Part shown: piece after piece, positions 20,801-28,984 of the stretch
Layout of the letters: each line of letters opens with the position of its first letter
Position numbering within the stretch: position 1 is the first letter of the stretch
From: Myxococcota bacterium
Lineage (GTDB): Bacteria > Myxococcota > XYA12-FULL-58-9 > JABJBS01
Assembly (NCBI GenBank): GCA_036339465.1
Contig: JAYZAY010000021.1
Coordinates: forward strand, 1-64,000
DNA: 64,000 nucleotides
Direction of reading: 5' to 3'
Notes under the pieces: generated by a model
The model's input: only the letters and a program-made list of their open reading frames with translations
The model's database searches: none
What the model was told of the DNA's origin: nothing
Position numbers and translations under genes: made by a program

Positions 20801-21160
20801 GTGGTTAGCCACCTCTAAATTCATCAGACTTTCGACCGTGGACTCTGACTCAAGCTCCTCTAAATGCCGAAACAACGCCGGAAAAACCTGGGAAACCCAA
20901 CGAAGAGATTTGCGCAAAGAACTCAAGCACGATTTTGGTGACTCCAAACAAGCATTTTGAAGTCCGGCAATTCTGGCGGGCAATAAGGCATTCACTTCCA
21001 TGAACCGAAGCACACATAGAAAGAGAAAACAATCACATGATAGTTCTCTCCAAAAGCACATTTCCTGGGACCGGCTGAACTGGTTTCCTATAGAGAGACC
21101 CGAGCACGAAAGTAGTTCTCTCCCCTTCTTACTAAAAAGAATAATGCGCGCATGCTCCAT
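17891..21160 (-). CDS. pglX: BREX-1 adenine DNA methyltransferase PglX homolog (copy 2)
   Basis: TQLFTPKW, ILDPAAGTGHLL, IANPPF, FMTPFVWMF, KGG..RKWYGN, YKRRPIYW, DLDRGVIENY. Start placed at ATG 21160 (MEHARIILFS), 7 bp after the upstream stop. Confidence 0.9.
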   Translation of the reverse strand: MEHARIILFSKKGRELLSCSGLSIGNQFSRSQEMCFWRELSCDCFLFLCVLRFMEVNALLPARIAGLQNACLESPKSCLSSLRKSLRWVSQVFPALFRHLEELESESTVESLMNLEVANHFCFGLPEELWRNCEILGWCFQGFVDYDKKQVSGRVSSARELAVVTQLFTPKWVSRYLVHNSLGRYLKTRVASSRDGLRLNYLLPSPSDTFGCGQLDLTEMTILDPAAGTGHLLLDAYEVMREAYLKAGYDLIEAASLILENNLVGLDIDERAIRLAETVLLLRANLDDPGILERQPSLSLWAYPDTSTLVVESMLAPLGREGVLLGELAAVFEAAPLLGSLIEVPQKLQRCLPELRESCEKGKLAFFGRANPKLLTLLEVAQVLCREHDVIIANPPFMGRKHQPDVVRRYLTEYFSGYQADLFSAFIVRCRKLVKEEGHLGFMTPFVWMFIGSYAALRYQLLDSATITSVVQLEYSAFAGATVPICCFTFQNKHDSHYQAGYVRLSGFKGVDQQGPRTLEAIVNPNCGWLFRRKSSFFNSFPQKSLGYFLGKGLQSLFETRKHLSDGFEVKQGLITGDTPKFVRYWFEVDSRKIYRPGRKPGPKTARWFPYLKGGDYRKWYGNHLFVVDWEDNGCRVKSYRDDSGRRKSRPQNERVYFKQGLTWTKISSSYFAVRICDEGSIPSEAGMFILHEDESQLLGLLGYLNSSVAQECIQVFSQTLNFEQGAISKLPVGRLHVDGHERLKSMVAIAREDWNSSELSWDFETLPWLPRGVDGVAGVDIESSLHHQYQYNLETTERLRVLEIANNCALVEHYGLKGEVGTEVSLAEITLMMNPVYRYGRGLQKKEYKALFLQDAIKDFISYAIGCFMGRYSLKRPGLMIVGDGVGPDHLAGNDLGYSVQDGIIPLSQGQFPDEAASRLEGFISLVWGHTNTLSCLSFIAGILGPRGGESPQRTIQRYFTQENGFYKDHLQKYKRRPIYWKVSSGKLRSFECLVYVHGINPKTLSVIRERYVEPLILALYADLEKTPKRLPKKNGVHEKIDELRKMSEELEAHEWKMSDFDLDRGVIENYRCFSSLLSASSKVLGEA

Positions 21161-21167
21161 CGGCAGT

Positions 21168-24100
21168 TCACCGCTTCCCCAAAACAATTTTTCGATCAGA
21201 CGCCAAGGTGCCAAAGAAATCGTAATTTTTCTTCACCCCGTCACCTAGATCCAGTTGAAATGCATCTTCGGACAAAACTTTAAGACTTTGCTCGAACTCT
21301 CGAAGTTCATTCAGGCGTCCATGGAGTTTTGTCTTTTCGGCCGGAAACTTCGGATCCGGAATCGATGAAGCCGCCTTTGCATATTCTTGTTCAAGGGTGG
21401 AGATATAAGGGATTACGTAGGATTGTCGTATCATATCCAAGGTTTCAGAATGGAATCGATGAAGGTAAATAAGGCACTCAAACGTTCTATACTTCCCGGA
21501 ACTTATTTTCCAATAAATCGGTCGTCGTTTGTATTGAATCAAGTGGTCTCGGTAATACCCGCCAGGCCGGGTTAAATAGGATTGGACCTTTTCCAAGGCA
21601 TTCTTGCCTCCTTTAAGCCCGAGACACTTAGCGACAAAATCAATATTTTCCTCCAAGGATTCCGGGGGCCACACTTCCTTGAGAAATCGCTCAAATCTCT
21701 TGGCCGCCTCATCGGGAAAAACACCCCAAGTAAGTGGGAGGACCCCATGGAGTGCTGTACCAAATTGGCCATAAAGACTGGGGTTGAAATTGTCATTACG
21801 ATGACCCGCATAAACCAACCCCGGCTGCTCCAACGAATATCGCCCGAGAGTGCAACCGATCATATAGGAGATGAGTTCCTTCATGCTTTCCGCTCTGAAA
21901 CGTTTTTCATATTCATCATCGGAAAGATTTGGAGCAAATCGATATCGCGGGTTGGTCTTCAAACTCACATCTTCGAGACCAACATCTATCTTGATTTGGT
22001 TCTCTATACCAAACAAAACCGCGACGTTCGCATTATTCTGCCGTTCCAATTCCTGGAGTTTCTCCGATTGTTTCTTAACATAGCTACGCCAAACACTAAA
22101 GCTCTCTGATAGAGATATCCGCGGTTGATTATGGTCCGCCAGGAAAGGAAGCCTCTGAAAATCCCAACTGGATTCGAAAGAAGCCCAATCCTCACGAGAA
22201 ATCCGAATACACTCGTCAACGACTTCTGAACCTACCTCTTTCGGGCATGGAAGATTTGCCAAAGTTCCCGCTTCAAAATTCAAGGTGGGTGAAATCGCTC
22301 CTAGAACGACCTGGCAGAGCTTTGAGTTAAGTAATCCCAAAAGCGGTTTCATTTTCCCATTGGAGATTGGAAAGAGAGAAATACCCGCATCTGCGAAAAT
22401 AAATCCCTCTGGGAAATAACGTGCTGAAAATTCTCCAGAACTAATTTTTGACCAACTCAAGCTGGGTTTGAAATAGTAAGACTGATTCTTTACCACATAG
22501 CTTGGTGATGTCAGATATGGGTATTTAGCTAGAACCGTTTTTTTAATTTGGTCTCCATCGCTCTCCCAATCCACAATGTATTCTTGATGCCCATACCACT
22601 TACGATAACGCCCACCCTTATTGAGTGGAAACCACCTTTGGCGGCTGTCTTTCGCGCTTTGCGCATCTTTACAATGAAAAGCGATATCGTCTATTGAAAC
22701 CTCGTGCCAATAACGCAGGAAGCGTTCATTATCGGAAGTCGCTAAGCCTTGTTTGACATCGCCAAACTGTGAGAGTCGCCCCGGATGCGAGAAAATGTGT
22801 TGTAAAACCCCCTTCGTCCAAAATGCAATGGGTTGCCCCGGGATCTGCTTCAAGTCATCGGGCTTCATCAAATAAAACCATTCGCATTTGGGGACATGGA
22901 TCGCTTCTAGGACTTTAGGGGCTTGGTTTTCGGCGCCTCGAAAATCCGACAGTTTTATAAACGCTCCGGTAAAATTCGGTATGTATCGATTCTGGAAAGT
23001 AAACGCGCAAATCGGGACGGTGGCATCAGAGAAACCGGAGTATTCCAATTGTACCAGAGTCATAAGAGTCGCTGTTTCTAAAAGATTGAGACGCAGAGGG
23101 GTATAAGAACCTATAAACATCCAAACAAAGGGAGTCATAAAACCAAGAACCCCATCACACTTAGCAAAATCTCGACTCCGAACAATAAAGGAAGAGAAGA
23201 GGTCAGTACGATAATCGTAGTAATTGGAATATAGAAAATCCTTTAATATCTTTGGTTGGTTTTTTTTCCCAAGGTATGGGGGATTAGCGATAACAACGTC
23301 GTATTTCTTTAGGAGAAGGCGCGCGACATCAACGAGCCTTAGAATGGCGCGTCTGAAGGTCGGTATTTGTTCGGTAGATTCATTGCGGCACCATTTTTCA
23401 ATCTCCACTAGTTTATTAGCCACGTTGTCCGGTATCTTAAGTAGCGAGCCAAAAATCGATGCCGAATGAAAAATGTGGCATAATTCAGTCACCGCTTCAG
23501 GAAGCGCCTTAATCTCGGTGAAACCCCGTGGACTATCAGGAATACAGTAAACCTTTGGGGAAATCCCCTTTTCCATGAAAGTCGCGTCGTCAGATCGGGC
23601 TTTCATAATGAGAGCAAAGTTTGCAACTTGTACCGCTCGTGGCTCGATATCCACGCCAAACAAATGGTTTTCAAGTATACGTTTTGGAATCGTGCTGGCC
23701 GCGTGTCCGAGGGAGAGATAAATATTCCTTAAGGTATCGTAGGCTTCGAGTAGTAGGTGTCCTGTGCCCGCTGCGGGGTCCAAATCCGTTGGCACACCGC
23801 GCTTCGTTTCCGCGCTATTGCGGGTGAGCATTGTCGTATCAATATGATACTTGAAATTATCCGTGAGGGCTGAATCCGATTCACCGTCCATCCAGCGGGT
23901 AACAATGCTATTATGACATAAGTATTGAGCAATCCATTTTGGTGTAAAAAGTTGGGTTGAAACGGCAAGTTCATGGACCTCAAAGGCCCGACCCGTGGAC
24001 CTCCGTTTCTCGGGAGCAACATAGAATTGATACAACCATCCGAGGATTTCCGTTTCAGAACAAGACTCTGCCGTTAGGGTCGAACTTAAATCGGTTAAGA

Positions 24101-24440
24101 AAGAGTGTTCCGCGGCGATTCGGTCTAAGACGCTTAGGAGATGAGAAGTGGGTTCTGGAAAAACTGAGGGTATCATCCGTTGATATTTTCGATATAGAAA
24201 TGAGAGAGAAGCGCTGGAAGACGCCAGTTTATGTGTGGATGTGACGCCCTCAGAAGAATCGAGATAGCTTTGGACTTCCATGTAGCGAAGAGCGCACAAA
24301 AAGCCAAAAACCTTATAGGCGATATCTCTGACTAATTCGCGGTCGGTTGCAGCCCCTAGGGATACCAGAACATCGGTTGTAAGTTCCTCTAAGAACTTTC
24401 GAGTGCGTAACGCAAAGTTTGTCAGTTGCTGCTTAGTCAC
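21168..24440 (-). CDS. pglX: BREX-1 adenine DNA methyltransferase PglX homolog (copy 1)
   Basis: N-terminus MTKQQLTNFA..R, EILGWLYQFY, TQLFTPKWI, LDPAAGTGHLL, IANPPY, KGG..RKWYG, YKRRPIYW, DLGDGVKKNY..F. Confidence 0.92.
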   Translation of the reverse strand: MTKQQLTNFALRTRKFLEELTTDVLVSLGAATDRELVRDIAYKVFGFLCALRYMEVQSYLDSSEGVTSTHKLASSSASLSFLYRKYQRMIPSVFPEPTSHLLSVLDRIAAEHSFLTDLSSTLTAESCSETEILGWLYQFYVAPEKRRSTGRAFEVHELAVSTQLFTPKWIAQYLCHNSIVTRWMDGESDSALTDNFKYHIDTTMLTRNSAETKRGVPTDLDPAAGTGHLLLEAYDTLRNIYLSLGHAASTIPKRILENHLFGVDIEPRAVQVANFALIMKARSDDATFMEKGISPKVYCIPDSPRGFTEIKALPEAVTELCHIFHSASIFGSLLKIPDNVANKLVEIEKWCRNESTEQIPTFRRAILRLVDVARLLLKKYDVVIANPPYLGKKNQPKILKDFLYSNYYDYRTDLFSSFIVRSRDFAKCDGVLGFMTPFVWMFIGSYTPLRLNLLETATLMTLVQLEYSGFSDATVPICAFTFQNRYIPNFTGAFIKLSDFRGAENQAPKVLEAIHVPKCEWFYLMKPDDLKQIPGQPIAFWTKGVLQHIFSHPGRLSQFGDVKQGLATSDNERFLRYWHEVSIDDIAFHCKDAQSAKDSRQRWFPLNKGGRYRKWYGHQEYIVDWESDGDQIKKTVLAKYPYLTSPSYVVKNQSYYFKPSLSWSKISSGEFSARYFPEGFIFADAGISLFPISNGKMKPLLGLLNSKLCQVVLGAISPTLNFEAGTLANLPCPKEVGSEVVDECIRISREDWASFESSWDFQRLPFLADHNQPRISLSESFSVWRSYVKKQSEKLQELERQNNANVAVLFGIENQIKIDVGLEDVSLKTNPRYRFAPNLSDDEYEKRFRAESMKELISYMIGCTLGRYSLEQPGLVYAGHRNDNFNPSLYGQFGTALHGVLPLTWGVFPDEAAKRFERFLKEVWPPESLEENIDFVAKCLGLKGGKNALEKVQSYLTRPGGYYRDHLIQYKRRPIYWKISSGKYRTFECLIYLHRFHSETLDMIRQSYVIPYISTLEQEYAKAASSIPDPKFPAEKTKLHGRLNELREFEQSLKVLSEDAFQLDLGDGVKKNYDFFGTLASDRKIVLGKR

Positions 24441-24498
24441 AAATTACTCGACCAGTGTGATATTTTTTGTTCGGGCGGCGCGGTGATAACCTCGCGAT

Positions 24499-26097
24499 TT
24501 AGGATTGAAGGGTGATTTCGCCCGCGAGGTATTTTTCTTTGAACAACTCCTCGCCCATGGCGGCGACCCTCTTCAACAACGCCTCTTCCAAAAAGGCCGA
24601 AACAAATGCTTTGTTGGGTCGCCCTGCCCTTCCGAGGGAGTGTTTGGCCTGCTCCTTGGCTTCCGCTTCTAGGTTTTTATAATCTCGGTGGGTCAACTCG
24701 TCTTCCGCCTTGGAGATCATCGTGGTCCTATATTCCTGCCATAAGGTCTCAAGGTCTAGAAGTTCGGTCTCTTGTTTTTTCGGATGTCGGGACCGGTTGA
24801 CGGCACTTCGTGCCCCATTTTCAAATCCCTTAAGATAAAAGAAACTCTGTATCTCATCTTCGGATTTGAATTTCCTCGCCTGTTCAATTGCATGGTTCAG
24901 CATTTCAAGGGCACTGGGTTCACCGTGTTTGTCAATCCATGCCAAGGCGAGGTCGTGTTCCTTTCGAGTAATCGTGATTCCTTCTGAAGAGCCATGAAGC
25001 AGTTCATAAAACTTCTCCACCAGGGTATCGGCTGGATCGATTATTTTTGTTCTTGCTTGTTTGGGTACACGTTCGAAAATATACCGAAAATCGTCACGGG
25101 ATTTATCGACAGTAAGACTTATCTTTAAGCCGCGAGCTTGTAATCGAATCATGGAAGCCTCCACCTGATCGGTGACATAGCTTGAAGCGGTCCGACCGCC
25201 TCGGATAATTTTTTCGCTGTCCATGGCCAATTTGTATTTAGCGAATCGGCGACAGCTTTTGACTGTTTCCTTGCGTTTGCGAGCCAATTGTCGATCGAGC
25301 CAACGAAAGAGTCTTATGTCGATGGGTCTTTCCAAGCTGAGAAGAAATTTCATATCAAGTCGTTTGGTATAATTCTCCTTAATGGATTGATAAAATAATT
25401 CACCCCAGCGAATCTCATACACTTTCTTGCGACGGCGACCGCCCCGCTTCTGCGCTTGGATAACCTCATTTTCGATAAAACTGGTTTGGTCGGGTTCTTC
25501 TTCATCGTCATCGCGTTCCGTGAGATCGACAATGTAATCAATAATGGAGAAATTCGCAGGTCGGTGTGTTTTCAGGGAAGGAACCCACCATTTGTCGTGA
25601 ATGATTCTGGTTGCTGCAATGCGTTCCAACTCGCAGGTTGCGCGTTTCAGCTCTTTGCCTGCACGCCGGCTTTTAGAGTGGGGATACATATAATCATCCA
25701 CAAGTTCTCGAATCGCAAATTGAAACTTTGGTGACTGAAATGAGTTTTGTTTATTGTGCATCCAAAGAAGGGCTAGAAGAGTTCGCTCTGCATATGCCGA
25801 TGGGAGCCCGCTACCTGAACCGGCTTCTAAGCGATAGCTCTTGTCTTCGGATAAATAGATGATATTGGATTGTCGATTTGGCTTTTTACCACGACCGGGG
25901 CGATTGTCTGTAAGTCGACAAAAGGGAATTTCAACAAGGTTCATTTCATCGATAGCGCGTTCGCCATCGAGAGCGTTGAAAGGCAGGTTAAGTTGATTTT
26001 TGGAATCGTAATCAATGATGGGTTCGAGATCTTGGAGTTCGCCGTCTTGGTCTTCGGGATTGCCACTGGGTTCTCGGTTGGCGAATTTTTTTTTGAT
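24499..26097 (-). CDS. Plasmid/chromid replication initiator protein (replication initiator protein A-like)
   Basis: DEMNLVEIPF, GLPS, FSIID, W...F.QSI...Y.K.LD, P...RLFRWLD pattern; adjacent to iterons and parA. First ATG is 25944, but the frame stays open to 26154 and AAGGAGG lies 6 nt before ATC 26097. Confidence 0.82.
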   Translation of the reverse strand: MKKKFANREPSGNPEDQDGELQDLEPIIDYDSKNQLNLPFNALDGERAIDEMNLVEIPFCRLTDNRPGRGKKPNRQSNIIYLSEDKSYRLEAGSGSGLPSAYAERTLLALLWMHNKQNSFQSPKFQFAIRELVDDYMYPHSKSRRAGKELKRATCELERIAATRIIHDKWWVPSLKTHRPANFSIIDYIVDLTERDDDEEEPDQTSFIENEVIQAQKRGGRRRKKVYEIRWGELFYQSIKENYTKRLDMKFLLSLERPIDIRLFRWLDRQLARKRKETVKSCRRFAKYKLAMDSEKIIRGGRTASSYVTDQVEASMIRLQARGLKISLTVDKSRDDFRYIFERVPKQARTKIIDPADTLVEKFYELLHGSSEGITITRKEHDLALAWIDKHGEPSALEMLNHAIEQARKFKSEDEIQSFFYLKGFENGARSAVNRSRHPKKQETELLDLETLWQEYRTTMISKAEDELTHRDYKNLEAEAKEQAKHSLGRAGRPNKAFVSAFLEEALLKRVAAMGEELFKEKYLAGEITLQS

Positions 26098-26139
26098 GAC
26101 TCCCCTCCTTGTGGTCGTGCCCGTTCGAAGAATGATCCT

Positions 26140-26640
26140 CTTCTTTATTCTTATTTATATATTTAAGAGCTAAAAAGAGAACTAAAATCAAATATTTAGA
26201 AAGGAATTTTGCTTTAATGGTTCTCGCTATTTCCTTTAATGGTTCTCGCCTTTTGTTATAAGAGTTCTTGCTTTTCTTTAATGGTTCTCGAGTTTTCTTT
26301 AACGGTTCTCAAGTGCGCAGGAGGTGGACGGTACTTTGGTCGGTTTCTCTAAGTCATTGAGAATACAGGTGTTGTGTTTCGTTGGACGGGTGTCAAGAGA
26401 AGTTTTAGTCATTAATGGTTCTCGCTTTTGCTTTAAGCATTCTCGAAGTTTCTTTAATGGTTCTCGAAGTTTCTTTAATGGTTCTCGGATTTTCGGTGGG
26501 GAGTTGTTCGCGTCGGACTCTCCGAATGGTTGGGGTAAGTCATGGATATAGCTTTAGAAAACACAGGGTTTTAGAAGGAACCGGTGGGTGTAATGGGCCG
26601 GTCCGCATGGCTTGGGTGTTTTCCTTGAGAACCCTTATAG
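26140..26640. other. Putative iteron-type replication origin
   Basis: AT-rich tract 26140-26210; five iterons 26207-26312 (20-22 bp spacing); four iterons 26405-26488 (21 bp spacing), consensus CTTTAATGGTTCTCG; IHF-like TAAGTCATTGA at 26350 between clusters; inverted copy 26624-26638. Confidence 0.85.
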
Positions 26641-26689
26641 AAAAAGGATCTCTAGGCGATCGTTCTCGGAGGCTAGCGATGGATGGGAG

Positions 26690-27040
26690 TTACCGGGTGG
26701 GTTCGAGACGAAGTGCGTGTTCCTTGAATTCCTCTTCGTCGAGACTCTTAAGGGCGTGGATCGCGAGTCGGAAGAGATCGTTGTTTGATAGGCGTAGCCT
26801 TAGATCGAAGGTTGTATCAATAATCTCTTCAAAGAGTACCTGCTCTTTGTGTGGCAGGGCTATATTGTGTCGGGTTTTTGGGCCCTTGGATGGACGTCCT
26901 GGCTTTTTCGGTGTGGTCGATGTGGGTTGTTCCACTACTTGAAGAGCTTTAGAGGCGGATTCTAGCGGGGTGTCTGGGGATTGAATCCTTTGACTGGGTG
27001 TTTTTACTTGGAGGTCTTTTAGGTTAAGTTTACGCGACAT
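26690..27040 (-). CDS. Small ParA partner, probable type Ib centromere-binding ribbon-helix-helix protein
   Basis: Overlaps parA 3' end by 11 bp; disordered N-terminal tail then beta-helix-helix pattern (RHNIAL...SNNDLFRLAI). Confidence 0.65.
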   Translation of the reverse strand: MSRKLNLKDLQVKTPSQRIQSPDTPLESASKALQVVEQPTSTTPKKPGRPSKGPKTRHNIALPHKEQVLFEEIIDTTFDLRLRLSNNDLFRLAIHALKSLDEEEFKEHALRLEPTR

Positions 27041-27851
27041 GTTTCACCTCGTTGGTTTCTTGTTCGTGTATGAATAGTGCGGTTATTTCTTCGGCTGCGT
27101 CCCGATAGGCTGCGCACACTGGCCGGGATGGTTCAATATCGAAAAGGGTCGCCCCCAAAAGGGCCGATTGGTTGATGCGTTCGTCTCTACCTATTCTTGC
27201 ATCTAGTAAAGTGAGCCCCATGCCTAGGATGGCTTCTTTGATAGCAGCATTGGTTTTTTTGGTTCGCCCGTCATATTTGGTTTGTAAGCCAACGATGGCG
27301 GTGGGGGCTTCGGTAAATTCGTTAAGTTCCTGAATGGTGCCGTAGAGATCCTGCCATCCTTGAAGAGCCCCATTTTCCGCCGGCATTGGAGCGATGACGA
27401 GATCACTCGCATAGATTGCGGCTTCGGTATAGGCGCCAATATGCGGTGGGGTATCGATCACGACAAAGTCCCAATGCTCTTGGGCTTTGCGGATTGCGCC
27501 GTCTAGGAAATAAAGGCGTTGTCCTTGGAGGTAGAGCTCGCGTTCTTTGCGCGCCATCCCGATATGTCCGGGAGCGACTTGTAGATTGTTACGGTTGGTT
27601 GGTTGCACAATATCTGGAAGTGAAAATTGTGCTTTGGGCGTTAAGACCTCGGCAATGGAAGCCAGTTTTGCTTGTTCTTCGCTGACTCCCAAAATGGAGG
27701 TTGCGTTGCCCTGGGGATCGAGATCGATCAACAGGGTTTGGTGTCCGGTTTCTGCAAGGGCCGCGGCTAGGTGGCAGGCGGTGGCTGTCTTCCCTACTCC
27801 GCCTTTTATTTGAGAGATACAAATGGTTTTTGGTTTCATTGTTTCCTCCAC
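27030..27851 (-). CDS. parA: ParA family partition ATPase
   Basis: Deviant Walker A KGGVGKT, LLIDLDPQGN, Walker B FVVIDTPP; no N-terminal HTH. Start GTG 27851 or ATG 27839. Confidence 0.95.
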   Translation of the reverse strand: MEETMKPKTICISQIKGGVGKTATACHLAAALAETGHQTLLIDLDPQGNATSILGVSEEQAKLASIAEVLTPKAQFSLPDIVQPTNRNNLQVAPGHIGMARKERELYLQGQRLYFLDGAIRKAQEHWDFVVIDTPPHIGAYTEAAIYASDLVIAPMPAENGALQGWQDLYGTIQELNEFTEAPTAIVGLQTKYDGRTKKTNAAIKEAILGMGLTLLDARIGRDERINQSALLGATLFDIEPSRPVCAAYRDAAEEITALFIHEQETNEVKHVA

Positions 27852-27868
27852 ACAGGGAAAATGTGTGT

Positions 27869-27898
27869 ATTGCGCATAACCCCAAAGTTAAGTTGGAT
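27869..27898 (+). other. Xer (dif/cer)-like site
   Basis: ATTGCGCATAA-CCCCAAAG-TTAAGTTGGAT; 9/11 and 8/11 identity to the E. coli dif arms with an 8-bp spacer. Confidence 0.35.
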
Positions 27899-27936
27899 AC
27901 ATATTTAACAGGCAACACGGAAGATGCAAAGTTTCT

Positions 27937-28323
27937 GCTAGAAATGCAGAAAATGGTGAGTAGGCGTAATCTGTTGGCTCTGTTGTATCTGGGCTTTATG
28001 GTGAAGCTGTTTGGTATGTGGAGAGCAGGGAAAATGGTGAATGCGGTAGATGTGTTAGAGGTGTCGGTTATGGGTAATGCGGTGAATCTGGGTTATAGGG
28101 TGAATATGCAGTAATCCCTAAACACAGAGGCAGTGTAGGAGATGTAATGAATGTAGCGGCTGTGGCCTCTGCTGGATGTGTTGGATAAGTAGGACGCGTT
28201 GGGTGTGTATGAGAAGTGGAAGAAGCAGGATAGGGTAGATGAGTTGGCTCTGTTGGATGTGTAAGACTTGGGTGGTATGTTGAAACTGTTTTCTGTGTCA
28301 GGTACGGGCGATGCGTGAGCCGC
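27937..28323. repeat. Degenerate in-phase 9-bp repeat array (about 43 units) upstream of parA
   Basis: Units such as GTTGGATGT, GTTGGCTCT, GGTGAATGC, GTAGGAGAT hold one phase; nearly all start with G. Confidence 0.75.
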
Positions 28324-28984
28324 AGGAGAAACCTAGTTGACAGGCTCAATGTGGGATATGGTTGAAGCACTATAAATGCAATAGGTGTGAGTGATGTTTA
28401 ATCTGTGGACTGCGCGACGCATGCAGGCTCTGCGAGCCCAGGGTAAAACGCGCGGACTGTGATACCTGTTGAGTCTGTGGAATATGTGGTTTGCGGGTTG
28501 TCTGTTTAATGCGCACGAAATGTTTGTTCTGTTCCAGGGCTTGGTGTGACCGCTTTTGAGTGCGTCTAGTTCCGAATGGCGCACGCGCCATTGACCAAGG
28601 CCCTGGTGCATATTACGGGGCCAAATGAAGGGCCTGAGAAGCAAACCGTCCCCATTGGTCGCAGTTGTTTGATCGACTCATTGGATTGTGGCTGCCAAGC
28701 CGCGAGATTTGGGTTATTTCGTGGTTTCACCCGCCAAAACCAACGATGCTCACCTAAGGGCCAAGGGATACAATGTCTGATAATGAACTTAATGAAAAAG
28801 GTACTTGTTTTGATTTGGCCAGACGCCGGCCGTGAGGATTGCCCTGACTGGGGCCCATCAAGAATCCTCCAAGTTGTTTGCGCTCTCTGAACTTTCTAAA
28901 ATACGACCCATCCTTACGAATGAAAATCCCGTTTACGATGAATGCTTCGAGGGCGGCTGAAATCCCAAACCAACCACGGCTGTC

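Noticed and set aside
21161..21214. 47-bp overlap between the two pglX genes implied by the ORF track
   Set aside because: ATG 21160 gives a PglX-like N-terminus and a 7-bp gap.
17891..24440. Complete BREX system or type IIG restriction-modification enzymes
   Set aside because: No other brx gene in the window and no recognisable nuclease domain in either protein.
26324..26942. + strand ORFs across the iterons
   Set aside because: The repetitive translation (VSLMVLE) derives from the iterons and is antisense to the par partner gene.
28400..28490. DnaA boxes
   Set aside because: Only mismatched TGTGGA hits, about 2 kb from the iterons.
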